This document shows positions 13,937 through 27,280 of a stretch of DNA of 64,000 nucleotides, piece after piece. Source of the DNA: Octopus vulgaris. Taxonomy: Eukaryota. Below the pieces are notes generated by a model that was not told the DNA's origin, ran no database searches, and was given only the letters and a program-made list of their open reading frames with translations. Location: contig OX597817.1 of NCBI GenBank assembly GCA_951406725.2, positions 160,952,001 through 161,016,000 of the forward strand. The letters are read 5' to 3'. The translations under genes and the position numbers were made by a program. Each line of letters begins with the position of its first letter. Positions within the stretch are counted from its first letter, which is position 1.

Positions 13937-14335
13937 TTTTCTACTGTAGGCACAAGTCCTAAAATTTTGAGGGAGAGGGCCAGTTGATTAGATCGACCCC
14001 AGTATGCAACTGGTACTTAATTTATCGACCCGAAAGGATGAAAGGTAAAGTCAACCTCGGCAGAATTTGAACTCATAACGTAAAGACTGACGGAATACTT
14101 ATTTCTTTACTACCCACAAGGGGGGCTAAACACAGAGAGGACAAACAAGGACAGACAAACGGATTAAGTCGATTATATCGACCCCAGTGCGTAACTGGTA
14201 CTTATTTAATCGATCCTGAAAGGATGAAAGGTAAAGTCGACCTCGGCGGAATTTGAACTCAGAATGTAACGGCAGACGAAATACAGCTACGCATTTCGCC
14301 CGGCGTGCTAACGTTTCTGCCAGCTCGCCGCCTTT
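13937..14335 (-). mobile_element. SINE family C heterodimer (two tail variants)
   Basis: Full head at the 14335 end, followed by a head-less second unit with the alternative tail. Confidence 0.8.
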
Positions 14336-14449
14336 AACTGTCACAATATAGATACATTTCTCATTGCGCCAACACTTAATTTACAGATGCTTACATTTTT
14401 TATATTTTCTGTGGATTTGTCACGGGTCCAGCTTCTAAGTACTATAATA

Positions 14450-14498
<49 letters not shown>

Positions 14499-14500
<2 letters not shown>

Positions 14501-16672
14501 GGCTGTAAAGACCAACTACTCATCAATAAGATGATCTTAGAAGATTGTCACAAACGACACAAAAACTTATCAATAGCCTGGATAGACTATAAAAAGGCTT
14601 TTGATAGCCTACCACATAGCTGGATTAGGAAATGCCTTGAAATGTATAAGATAGCACCAACTCTGCGAAACTTCTTGACTGTAAGTATGAGATCATGGAG
14701 AACCACACTAACTCTGAACAGTGACAGTGAATCCCTAAATGCTGGTGATGTAAAAATTTCGTGTGGAATTTTCCAGGGTGACTCACTGTCACCACTCCTC
14801 TTTTGTTTATCCTTAATACCTCTCTCAAAGCTGCTCAATGACGCGCAGTACGGGTATAAAATGTTTGATAAAAATATAAATCATCTCGTTTACATGGATG
14901 ATTTAAAGCTTTTTGCAAAAAATGATCAACAACTCAAGGGTTTACTAGCGATAGTCAAACAATTCAGTGACGACATCAGAATGCAATTCGGCCTCGATAA
15001 ATGTGCAAAGGCTACCTTTATCAAAGGAAAAATGACAGAAACATCTAACGTTAACCTTGACCAACAGAATGTCATAAAAGAACTAGACCCAGCGGAGAGC
15101 TACAAGTACCTAGGGATAATTGAAGGGAACGGAATAAGGCATTCAGAGATGAAGGAAAAGATCAGGAGAGAATGCTATCGAAGAGTGAGAGCAATACTCA
15201 AGACAGAGCTGAATGCAAGAAACAGGATCGAAGCAATCAATGCATTAGCTATACCAGTCGTGACTTACAGTTTCAATATTGTTAACTGGTCAATTACTGA
15301 AATATGTCAGCTCGACAGAAAAATAAGGAAACTGTTGACAATGCATAGAATGCACCACCCTAAGGCAGATACAGAACGACTCTATCTGCCAAGAAAAGAG
15401 GGAGGCCGTGGTCTTTTGCAACTGGCAATAACAATGAAGATTGCTACAATTGGCCTAGACACCTACCTGAAAAACTCTGAGGACTGGATGCTAAAACTTG
15501 TCTCAAAACATGAAAACAAGAAAGCATCATACTCAGTCACAAAACAGGCAAAGGAATATCTAAGTGAATTCCGAATACAACCAATTTCGGAATTAGAGAT
15601 AGATATACAAGAAATAAGCACAGAAAAAGCTAGGCGCATGAAAACCCGTGCCAAAACTGCGGCCTTAGATATTCTGAATAATAAATGGCAAGAAAAACCT
15701 CTCTATGGCAAATACCCAAAGAGAGCGAATAATGCAGATATCGACAAAGCCCTGACCCATCAATGGCTAATGGCCTCTGGCTTAAAATCTGAAACAGAGG
15801 GGTTTATCATAGCAGCTCAAGATCAATGCCTACCAACAAGAAACTACCAGGCCAACATATTAAAGATCAGAAGCAGTCCAACGTGTCGTGTATGCAAGCA
15901 ACAAAATGAAACCATTGACCATGTGGTCTCCAAGTGCAGTCTTCTAGCGCCTACAGAGTATCTCAACAGGCACGATAGAGCTGCACAATATATTCACTGG
16001 GTAATCTGTAAAAACCTGGATTTGCCCCATGAAAAAAACTGGTGGGAACACAAACCACCCCCAGTGCTTGAAAATGACCACATCTCACTCCTCTGGAACT
16101 TCACCATTCAAACTGACAGGAAGATAGATGCAAATAGGCCAGACATCATATTGAAAAACTTCAAACAAAGAACATGCCTCCTCATTGATATGACTGTCCC
16201 AATCGATATAAACGTATCTGTCAAGACCTACCAAAAACTGAGCAAATATAAAGATCTTGAAATAGAAATCAGCAAAATGTGGAAGCTGAAGACTAAAACA
16301 ATACCTGTTGTCATAGGTGCCCTGGGAATGATAGCAAAAGGGACTGATAGCTACCTAACTCAGATACCAGGAAACCCAAAAATGGCAGAAGTTCAAAAGA
16401 TAGTGCTCATGGGAACTGCTCATATCCTACGCAAAATACTCTCTATGTAATCTCAAGGTTTAAAACAAACATAATTTTCGGTTTAAAAAAAAAAAAAAAA
16501 AACAACCTTTTTTTTTTCTTTTTAGACATTCATTAGTACAACATCCCCACCCCCCAAATATATGGCACACTAGGCATAACAACAACATGAACTTCCAACC
16601 CTGTTGTCTCTTGAGGTCTCTGGGTGAGACTTGGAGCCAACTTGTACAAATATAAAGCAAAAGTCAAACATA

Positions 16673-16673
<1 letters not shown>
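14499..16673 (+). mobile_element. 5'-truncated R4/Dong-like non-LTR retrotransposon (RT + restriction-like endonuclease) inserted in (TAA)n
   Basis: Flanked by (AAT)n on both sides; reading frame already open at the 5' junction (GCKDQLLINK); 3' UTR 16451-16673. Confidence 0.9.
14531..16450 (+). CDS. Reverse transcriptase / CCHC zinc knuckle / PD-(D/E)XK endonuclease of the RLE LINE (N-terminally truncated, uninterrupted 639 aa)
   Basis: WIDYKKAFDS, GIFQGDSLSPLLF, YMDD, YKYLG, CRVC...ETIDHVVSKC, RHD, RPDII...LIDMTVP...KLSKY motifs. Confidence 0.93.
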   Translation: MILEDCHKRHKNLSIAWIDYKKAFDSLPHSWIRKCLEMYKIAPTLRNFLTVSMRSWRTTLTLNSDSESLNAGDVKISCGIFQGDSLSPLLFCLSLIPLSKLLNDAQYGYKMFDKNINHLVYMDDLKLFAKNDQQLKGLLAIVKQFSDDIRMQFGLDKCAKATFIKGKMTETSNVNLDQQNVIKELDPAESYKYLGIIEGNGIRHSEMKEKIRRECYRRVRAILKTELNARNRIEAINALAIPVVTYSFNIVNWSITEICQLDRKIRKLLTMHRMHHPKADTERLYLPRKEGGRGLLQLAITMKIATIGLDTYLKNSEDWMLKLVSKHENKKASYSVTKQAKEYLSEFRIQPISELEIDIQEISTEKARRMKTRAKTAALDILNNKWQEKPLYGKYPKRANNADIDKALTHQWLMASGLKSETEGFIIAAQDQCLPTRNYQANILKIRSSPTCRVCKQQNETIDHVVSKCSLLAPTEYLNRHDRAAQYIHWVICKNLDLPHEKNWWEHKPPPVLENDHISLLWNFTIQTDRKIDANRPDIILKNFKQRTCLLIDMTVPIDINVSVKTYQKLSKYKDLEIEISKMWKLKTKTIPVVIGALGMIAKGTDSYLTQIPGNPKMAEVQKIVLMGTAHILRKILSM

Positions 16674-16757
<84 letters not shown>

Positions 16758-16886
16758 TCTTCTGGCTTTTCCTTCTAAGTTCAAATGTCGCCGAGATCGA
16801 TTTTGCTTTTCATACTTTCAAGGTTGATAAAATAAGTAGCAGTTGAGCACTGGGGTCAAATGTAATGGCCTAGACCCTCCCTTATC

Positions 16887-17100
16887 AAGGCGGAGAGCTA
16901 GCAGAATCGTTAGCACGCCGGACAAAATGCTTCACAGCAATACGTCAGTCTTTACGTTCTGAGTTCAAATTCAACCGAGGTCGACTTTGCTTTTCATCCT
17001 TTCGGGTCGATATATTAAGTATCAGTAAAACACTGAGGTCGATGTAATCGACTAGACCTCTTCCCACAAATTTGAGGCATTGTGCCTCCAGTAGAAAGGA
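16887..17100 (+). mobile_element. SINE family C (alternative tail)
   Basis: Head GGCGGAGAGCTAGCAGAATCG and family core. Confidence 0.75.
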
Positions 17101-17160
17101 TTGTTGTTGTTGTTGTTATTATTATTATTATTATTATTATTTATTATCATTATTATTATT

Positions 17161-17710
17161 GACTGAGAGAGCAGTGCATGCCATCAAAGTGACACTGCGG
17201 TATAAATTACGAAGCCCAGTATACCCATCATGACTACCTGTCTGACAAGGATACACCAGGAACATGCATCACAACCATATGTACACGACATGGTGATCTC
17301 ATATACAGATAAATAGCGCATGACCTTGCAATTGGGACCCAGTTAGAATTTCCTTCAGGTCGAGTAGCCCATCCCGCTCAAAAGGTTCCTCAGTAAGGGT
17401 TGTTTAAGGATGATGAACAAAATACCCATGTTTTCAAAGGTGAATTATCCAAACTCCAAAGAATTCCCCTCTCAACACGTGGCTATGATGCTCCCCACTA
17501 TTTCTGCTCGTGATTAGAGATGCACATATCGTCAGCCACTAAGGGCCATGCTCAACTGGTTATGGTCAAGCAACTGCCAAGCAAATCTGTGGTATTAAGC
17601 AGTATATTTACTGTAGCCCATCTTTTATACCAAGTCTAAACTATGTACATGATAACGCTTCTAATCACTTAAGATCAGAAGCCATGAAAGCCACTGTCTG
17701 GTACTGCAAT
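17161..17710 (-). mobile_element. 3' end of a (TAA)n-associated retroelement (second copy 47365-47605 +)
   Basis: Shared about 240 bp between the two loci; both end CACTGCTCTCTCA followed by an (AAT)n tract. Confidence 0.65.
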
Positions 17711-17876
17711 GACTGTAGGTGGAGTGCTGGCAGAATCGGTAGAGAGTTGGGAAAATGCCTTGCTTTATTTCTTCCTGTCCTTTACATCCTGCATTCAAAT
17801 CCCGTCGGGGTCAACCTTTCATCTGTAAATTGTGTGTTGGAGCCATGAGAAATGCTTTGTATATCGTGACAGTTAA

Positions 17877-18040
17877 AGGCAGCGAGCTGGCAGAAACGTT
17901 TGCACGCCGGGCGAAGTGCGTAGCCGTATTTCGTCTGCCGCTACGTTCTGAGTTCAAATTCCGCCGAGGTCGACTTTGCCTTTAATCCTTTCGGGGTCAA
18001 TAAATTAAGTACCAGTTGCGTACTGGGGTCGATCTAATCA
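17877..18040 (+). mobile_element. SINE family C within a cluster of SINE fragments (17720-18340)
   Basis: Family head and core. Confidence 0.75.
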
Positions 18041-18474
18041 ATTCTTCATCCTTTCAGGATCGATGTAATCGACTAACTCACCCATCTCAAGATCGCTGGC
18101 CCTTTGCCAAAATATGAAATCATTAAAAGTGATTAGCTTGCAGAAATGTTAGTGCATCGGACAAAGTACTCAGTAGCATTTCTTCCGGCTCATTATGTTC
18201 TGAGTTCAAATCCTACCGAGATTGATTTTACCAACCATTATTTCTGAGTCGATAAAATAAAAAAATAAAATAAGTATCAGTTAAGCTCTGTAGTCGATGT
18301 AAACAACTATGCTGACCTTGGGCCAAAATTTGAAGGAATTATTTTTGCACTGATCTTCTCCATTTTATGGTTCTTAACTTTGTCGTTTGTTTCCAAAGTT
18401 TACTACAATTATTTTTCATTGTTGCCTTTTCTGGTTATCCTTGTGCTTCACGCCATTGAAGTCATAAGAAGGAA

Positions 18475-18521
<47 letters not shown>

Positions 18522-18664
18522 GTAAGTAGTAGTAGTAGTAATTGTTATTGAGTCTACTCTTTTACTGTCAGTTAAAGTACAGAAAACCTATAATTAAATC
18601 TATGACTAATTAAAGATAATCTATTGTTTCCGTGTGTGTGCGTGTTTGTATGTGCACGCGCGTG

Positions 18665-18729
<65 letters not shown>

Positions 18730-19007
18730 AATCAATGGAACGGGAATTCAAAAGCGTAACGTAATCCAAGTCTGAAGGTGATCCTCGAATTAAGTACTCC
18801 AAATCATCGTCGGAAGGACATGTAAATATGTGTATGTGTGTGTGTATGTGTGTGTATATGTGTCCGAGTGCGTGTGTGTGTGTGTGTGTGTGTGTGTACG
18901 CATAGCTATCTGTGTTGCAAAAGCCTTACAAACTGCAGTATTTGCCTGAAAAAGCATCTCTTATAGATGTATAGTATTAAAAAAATGCAGAAATATATCA
19001 GCAGCGT

Positions 19008-19312
19008 GAAGGCGCATGGCTCGTGTGGTTGTGAGTTCGATTCCCGAACCGGGCTGTGTGTTGTGTTCTTGAGCAAGACACTTTATTTCACGTTGCTCCA
19101 GTTACCCCAACTGTAGAAATGAGTTGCGACGTCACTGTGCCAAGCTGTATCGGCCCCTTTGCCTTTCCCTTGGATAACATCAGTGGTGTGCAGAGGGGAG
19201 GCTGGTATGCATGGGCGACTGCTGGTCTTCCACAAACAATCTTGCCCTGACTTGGGCCTCGGAGGGTAACTTTCTAGGTGCAATCCCATGGTCATTCATG
19301 ACCGAAGGGGTC
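19008..19312 (+). mobile_element. tRNA-derived SINE variant
   Basis: GGCGCATGGCTCGTGTGGTT...GAGTTCGATTCCC head; shares CAAGACACTTTATTTCACGTTGCTCCAGT with 56824-57141. Confidence 0.65.
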
Positions 19313-19808
19313 TCCTCCTCCTCCTCCTCCTATATCAGTAGCATCCAGTAACGACGTTAGCTTTGCTAAACACGATTTCTGCCTCTTTGGGCTTCGTCAG
19401 TAGCAAGCATCCACCGGCATCCGATCAATGCCAACAGAAAAAAGTTTTCAAAAGAAACACGGGTGACGCAATAATTAAATCGGTTTACGAACCTCTATAT
19501 CACTCTGGGTTTTTCTAAAAGATCGATATGATGTAAAGAAAGAGTTAAAGCAGATTGAAGCAGCAGACATTGCTAATTATCTCTCTACATTTCAATCTCT
19601 TTCCTCCGTCACCCTCACCACCCACTCTCTTTCTCAGTCAGTCACCTTCTTTCTCTCAAGACTTCACGGGCAACACCCAGCTCTTGTTTCAATAAAGAAA
19701 TTTTATTCACGCGGCCTTTTCACCTGTTTCAATACTCTGTACTCTGAGCCCTGCGTCTGCGTGCATACGTGCATATGGTTATACGTAAACGCATGTGTGT
19801 GTATGTAT

Positions 19809-19839
<31 letters not shown>

Positions 19840-20985
19840 GTTGTGTGTGGTAGTGTATGCGAGTGTGTGTGCACACGTGTTTGGGTGGATGTATGCGTTT
19901 GAGTGTGTGCGCTCGCGTTTTCATGTTTAGTATAGAGAAAAAGGCAGTGTCTTTGACCTTTTGCAGGACCTCTGAGACTGGTAAGAGGAAGAAAGGTGGA
20001 AGAGAAGAAGGATGAAAGGTATCGGCAAACTGGGAGCGTGGCCCGAATGCTTACAACAGAGCGAATCCCGCTTAACCCTTTGTTTGTCCTGTGTCTCATA
20101 TGAGATACACAGGACAGGTAATGCTTCCATGGCATCAATAAATCATATATGATTCACTTTCTCAATTTGTTTTTAACCACAAGAGTAAATTGGGACTTAT
20201 AAAAGGAAGAACTTAAACCAAAACTTGTGCATCCAAATTTACTTAAAATCCAAAAGTTTTATACAAGAATTTAATAAAATAGAAAAAAAACAACCCTTTA
20301 CCTATCCCATGTGATACACAGGACATATTTCCATGGATATATGTCCATGCATCACATATGATACACGTTCCCAATATTTTTCAGCCCATGGACCGATTTC
20401 ATACAAGACAATTTTTCCATGGACTGGGGTATCATTCACATAACAAAACTCAATAAAGTGCATGATATATAATTCAATTATTACATATATAATGCATATA
20501 TATTACATATATAATAAATAATGCAAGACTATTGAAAAGGTTGCAAGACGCAACGAAAATTTTAGGAAAACAAAAATAAGTGGAAATTTTACCGGTGAGT
20601 GTGTTAAATCATAAGACACAAAAAGAAAATGACTCTCGCCAGACACAACGAAATAATACAAAAACATCCCGCAGACTGTGATGATCAATGAAATAGAAAT
20701 GAAATTTAAGAATCTATTCTTTTTGTGCGGCCCGGTAGCTTGGAATCATACTCTAGCAACCAGAGCTGACAGAGTATGGATCAAAGAAAGCTTCATCAGC
20801 ACATACTACGACTGTACAATCTGAAAGTAAGCCATTATTCCCATAAGGAACTAGAGGTGGATGGGGTCTATATGCAAGCACTTTTACCAAAAGATTTACT
20901 TGCAAGATACGATCGAAAGTCTTATTGTGGTCGTGGGCAACAACACAATTTCACTTGAGCTAGTTTCTTGTAAATCTGACTTTAT

Positions 20986-21188
20986 GAGAGAGGACAAACA
21001 AGGACAGACAAACGGATTAAGTCGATTATATCGACCCCAGTGCGTAACTGGTACTTATTTAATCGATCCCGAAAGGATGAAAGGCAAAGTCGACCTCGGC
21101 GGAATTTGAACTCAGAACGTAGCGGCAGACGAAATGTTGCTGAAAATTTCGCCCAGCATGCTAACGTTTCTGCCAGCTCGCCGCCTTT
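20986..21188 (-). mobile_element. SINE family C
   Basis: Reverse-complement match to family C. Confidence 0.8.
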
Positions 21189-21456
21189 ATGATAGCCGTA
21201 CTGGTGGTCAGTAAAGATGGTAAATTCAGAGATTCGATTACTTGGTTAAGATTGTTGTTGATGGATGTCTTCATCACCTGCAGGAAATGAATGCAATAAA
21301 TTGATATGTGACAGAATTCGATTACGAGTTGGGAGTGCTAAGCACGGATGTGCGAGCAGATTTAGGTGAATTTACACCATTTGTCCACAGCGAGAAATTT
21401 TCTCCAAGACAAAACAAAATGAATTCGAACTTGCCACTGGCATATTCAAACTGGTA

Positions 21457-21723
21457 ATAACATTACATTAGAATTAGTTTTCATTCTTGGGAATGGGACA
21501 TGCAGTGGCGTGTTCCCGAATATCAGAATATAATTCTAAAGAGAGATAACATTACATTAGAATTAGTTTTCATTCTTGGGAATGGGACATGCAGTGGCGT
21601 GTTCCCGAATATCAGAATATAATTCTAAAGAGAGATAACATTACATTAGAATTAGTTTTCATTCTTGGGAATGGGACATGCAGTGGCGTGTTCCCGAATA
21701 TCAGAATATAATTCTAAAGGGAG
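21457..21723. repeat. Three tandem near-identical 89-bp units, each a long hairpin
   Basis: Units start at 21457, 21546 and 21635; TTAGAATTA...TAATTCTAA closes each stem. Confidence 0.92.
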
Positions 21724-21997
21724 ATGGAGGAGAGAGGAGACTGAAGAGCTTGGTGAGGATAGGGGCTAACTCTGGGCGTGTTTCTTGAGCATAAAAGAAG
21801 GGACACTGCTAGGGCCAGTGACATTGCTGGTTTGAAGTGGCCGAAGGTTTTTTCCGCATATGGTATATATGTGTGACATGTAAAGTGAAGAATGGTGAGA
21901 GAATAATGTAGATATTAAGACGCATAGAGGCTCTAAGCACTTAAAAAAATTTGGTACCCCCAAACTTTTGGCCCAAGAATAGATTTACAGTTATCAC

Positions 21998-22460
<463 letters not shown>

Positions 22461-22655
22461 AATAGGCACTTGAGATTTCTTTAAAAACATTTTATTACCT
22501 TTAAACTTCTAGCTTACAATTAACTAAATTAGCATAGAATATTTTTTTTATAATTAATATCTAAACTGTTTATATATGAATGCGAAAGAGATAGTTGAAT
22601 AACTGTAAACCTACTTTTGGATCATCCTGCATGTAATTCAAAATATAAACAATAA

Positions 22656-23052
22656 TCTTTATATATAAAAGTGAAGTTGTGTGTCTGTCTCCTACGATTT
22701 AGATTCTTAACTACTCCCACATTTTGCGGTGCAGTTTAACCAAAACCGGGTATCTTATAGTCGGGATCCATATCGAGCCCTTCTGGGTATTAGCGCGCGT
22801 CTACGATGAGTCTACGATTTTAAAAAAAATTTACCATAATTTTTTTCCATTTTAATGCATTTTTTCGCTATTATATAAGGGAAGTAACTCTCTAAAAATG
22901 TCTACGATGAGTCAACGATTTAAAAAAAATTTACCATCATAATTTTTCCATTTTTAATGCATTTTTTTGCTATTTTTTGGCTATAACTCTCTAAAAATGC
23001 TTATATAGTTACTTCCCTTACAAACCCGAGCAACGCCGGGCGATACTGCTAG
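22656..23052 (+). mobile_element. Non-autonomous Helitron
   Basis: A|TCTTTATATATAAAAG ... CCCGAGCAACGCCGGG-CGATACTGCTAG|T. Confidence 0.88.
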
Positions 23053-23544
23053 TAAACCATAAAATAAAGTTTTATTTTTCAAACTAAAACAAAACTAACA
23101 GTAAGATAGAAAATAATATTTATTTTTGTATAATTCCGCTTTATTTGTATTTGACAAATTTTCGTCTACTTTTTTTTTTAATTGCAAAGTCTTTGATCTA
23201 TAATGGAAGGCAAGTTTTACGATGTCGGGAGAATATCACCGTCTCCAATTATATCTTGTTCTTCGTGTAGTTCAGGCTCCGGCAGGCGAAGAAAGACGTT
23301 TTTAAGCACAAATGCAATTTACAACCGGTTTATTTACAAGTTTCACAGAACAGGTGAAGTGCGTAGCTCTCAGCAACCATCCCGAGTTGTGTGCGTGGTG
23401 TTGTATCTCCATTAGTACGGGGCACATTGCCTCTGGAGGTACAACATGCAGACAGGCCCAACCAGTGAGGTGTGCTCAGCAAGCGCTGCTGCGTAGAAGC
23501 GGAGAGAGAGAATGAATCTGTTTCTGTTTTGCCCTTATATACAA

Positions 23545-23844
23545 CTAGCAGTATCGCCCGGCGTTGCTCGGGTTTGTAAGGGAAATAACTATATAAGCAT
23601 TTTTAGAGAGTTACTTCCCTTATATAATAGCAAAAAATGCATTAAAAATGGAAAAAATTATGGTAATTTTTTTTTTAAATCGTAGACTCATCGTAGACGC
23701 GCACTAATACCCAGAAGGGCTCGATATGAATCACGACTATAAGATACCCACTTTTGGTTAAACTGCACGGCAAAATGTGGGAGTAGTTAGGAATCTAAAT
23801 CGTAGGAGACAGACAGCACACAACTTCAGTTTTATATATAGAGA
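23545..23844 (-). mobile_element. Non-autonomous Helitron (300 bp)
   Basis: Same TC / hairpin / CTAG termini, inserted at an AT dinucleotide. Confidence 0.88.
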
Positions 23845-24310
23845 TTTGCTATCGCGAGCCACGTTGTGATCTCGCGCATGGCAAATATGGATGCAGGTGA
23901 GGTCTCGCTCCAGTCTCGGAGATGGCAATGGCTGCCACAAAATCTCATTCAATATGGCGTTGACTGCTTGCGCTGCTACAGATCTGATCCTCAAAATTAA
24001 TCTATACTTAGTAGAAAGAAGGCATCCCGAGTATCGTTTTAGCAAGTTTAAAGTGATTTCTTTTGTGTTGTAAACCATTTACCATTTCTATGGTTTTAAA
24101 AGTTGGCATTTTTTATTGCCGGCGAAGGAGTGCGGCTGCGCAGTAGATTTTGAAAAAGTCAGGACGTATAAATACGGGGCAAGTAGTTTGATCGCCCCGT
24201 GCGTATACGTTTAACCCTAGGTGGTCCTGCTGAGGAAGATTGCACTTGGCGAGTTCCTTTACTCGCTAAACTAAAATCAGAAACTAAAATCACAATGTCC
24301 CTTGAAAAGC

Positions 24311-24356
24311 TAATTTAAATAGCGAACAAACAGTAAATTGTCATTATAGTACTGGG

Positions 24357-24401
<45 letters not shown>

Positions 24402-24613
24402 CCAGTACTATATATATATAGTACTTCCAGTACTATAATGACAATTTACTGTTTGTTCGCTATTTAAATTAAAGTTAAAATATTTAAATTAAAGTTAAAA
24501 TTTTTAAAAATTATTTAGATTAATAAATTAAACTTATAAATTTTAAATATATATATATATTTTTTTTTTATTATTTTATTTATTTATTTATTTTTTTTTT
24601 TTTAAATTTTAAA

Positions 24614-24644
<31 letters not shown>

Positions 24645-24822
24645 CTCTTTATCTTATATTAAACTTTTAATACTTTTTGATAGTTTAAAATTAAAAAAAA
24701 AAATAATAAATAAATAAAATAATAATAAAAAATATATATATATATATATTTAAAATTTATAAGTTTAATTTATTAATTTAAATAATTTTTAAAAATTTTA
24801 ACTTTAATTTAAATATTTTAAT
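24311..24822. repeat. Two adjacent AT-rich palindromes centred on (TA)n (24311-24471, 24475-24822)
   Basis: AATTTAAATAGCGAACAAACAGTAAATTGTCATTATAGTACTGG and its reverse complement flank the (TA)n; second pair has arms of about 130 bp. Confidence 0.85.
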
Positions 24823-24941
24823 TGGATTTTTATATTTTATATTTTATATTTTTTTATATATTTTAATTAATTTTATTTCTATGTATTGGCTTATGATTTT
24901 CACTGTTTGATTTGCCTAATAGTGGTTTTATCTCTAATTTA

Positions 24942-24975
<34 letters not shown>

Positions 24976-25729
24976 CGGAAATTAAAGACAAGATGGTCAT
25001 GGCTGGAATGCCTTTGATCATAGGTCTGCTCGGTCAAGGTTCACCTGGAGCGAATCAACAACAACAAAAGCAGCATGGACATCGTAGTCCCCCCCCTTCC
25101 TGTTATACTACCACCAACACATCATCACCACCAGCAGACAATCACTGTACCAACACGTTAGCATCACACCTATGTTCCTACAACACTGGGTCTCCTTAAT
25201 CGCTCGGTGTCTCTAGCTCACCCCTATATCTCCCTTCACTGTGTTCTAAGTCCCCACTCCACCACCGCCCAGTCTCCTAGTCCCCTCTACCCTTTCTTCC
25301 CTTCTTCCCTTGTCCTCCTGTCCTTAGCTCAAAAGTTCCCAGACCCCAATACACGCTACACTGTCCATGAAAGTTGTTCATTTTGTGTTTCCCATAGAAA
25401 GCCAACCAAGAAGTGTTTGTCAAACCGGCTGCTCCGGGTTGTTATGTAATAGTGTGGAGGGTGTGTGGGCGGTGGGCGGTGGGGGGGTGGTCGGTGATGG
25501 AGGCGGCGTAATCTAGTGGTAGTGGTGTTGTTATGGTGGCGGTGGAATGATGCTGGTGGTGATTGAATGGTGGTGGTGGTGGTGAGTTCCAATGTCACGG
25601 TGGCAGTGGAATGGTGCTAGTGGTGGTTGTGGCGATGGTGGTGGTGGAGTTGGTGGTGGTGGTGGTGGTGGTGGTGGTGCTTGATAGATCTACCTATCTC
25701 TATCCATTTATTAATGTTTGTGCCTGTAC

Positions 25730-26666
<937 letters not shown>

Positions 26667-26914
26667 AAATAAGTATAATGTGTGTACGGGTGCATGTGTG
26701 TGCACGCGCGCGTAAATCTGTGTGTGTGTGTGTTCTGTGTTTGCTAGCATCCTTCTGCTTTTCCCGCTTACAGTGAAACACATTTTTGCGATGCATGCAT
26801 CTTTACGGGAACAGGTACAATTGCACATGCGCAAACACACACAATCACTTACACACATACACACGCACTTAACCATATGCACACATGGCCCTACTCTCTG
26901 TCTGTCTATCACCC

Positions 26915-27040
<126 letters not shown>

Positions 27041-27127
27041 CGGGAAGCTTTATGAAAATAGACAAAAGACGAAGGCAGGTGGGAAACAAACAAACAATTG
27101 TATTAGTATGGCGCTCAGGAAATATAA

Positions 27128-27280
<153 letters not shown>

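Noticed and set aside
20012-20117. ATG-initiated phase-1 exon candidate as first exon of the peptidase
   Set aside because: No signal-peptide character, and it overlaps a palindromic transposon-like end (TGTCCTGTGTCTCATATGAGATACACAGGACA)
21457-21723. CRISPR-like array (also 31247-32214 and 63220-63415)
   Set aside because: No unique spacers, no cas genes, eukaryotic context
23860-23945. ISETGARPHLH peptide resembling an HUH/densovirus NS1 motif on the minus strand
   Set aside because: Frame has four stops nearby and no helicase domain; likely chance
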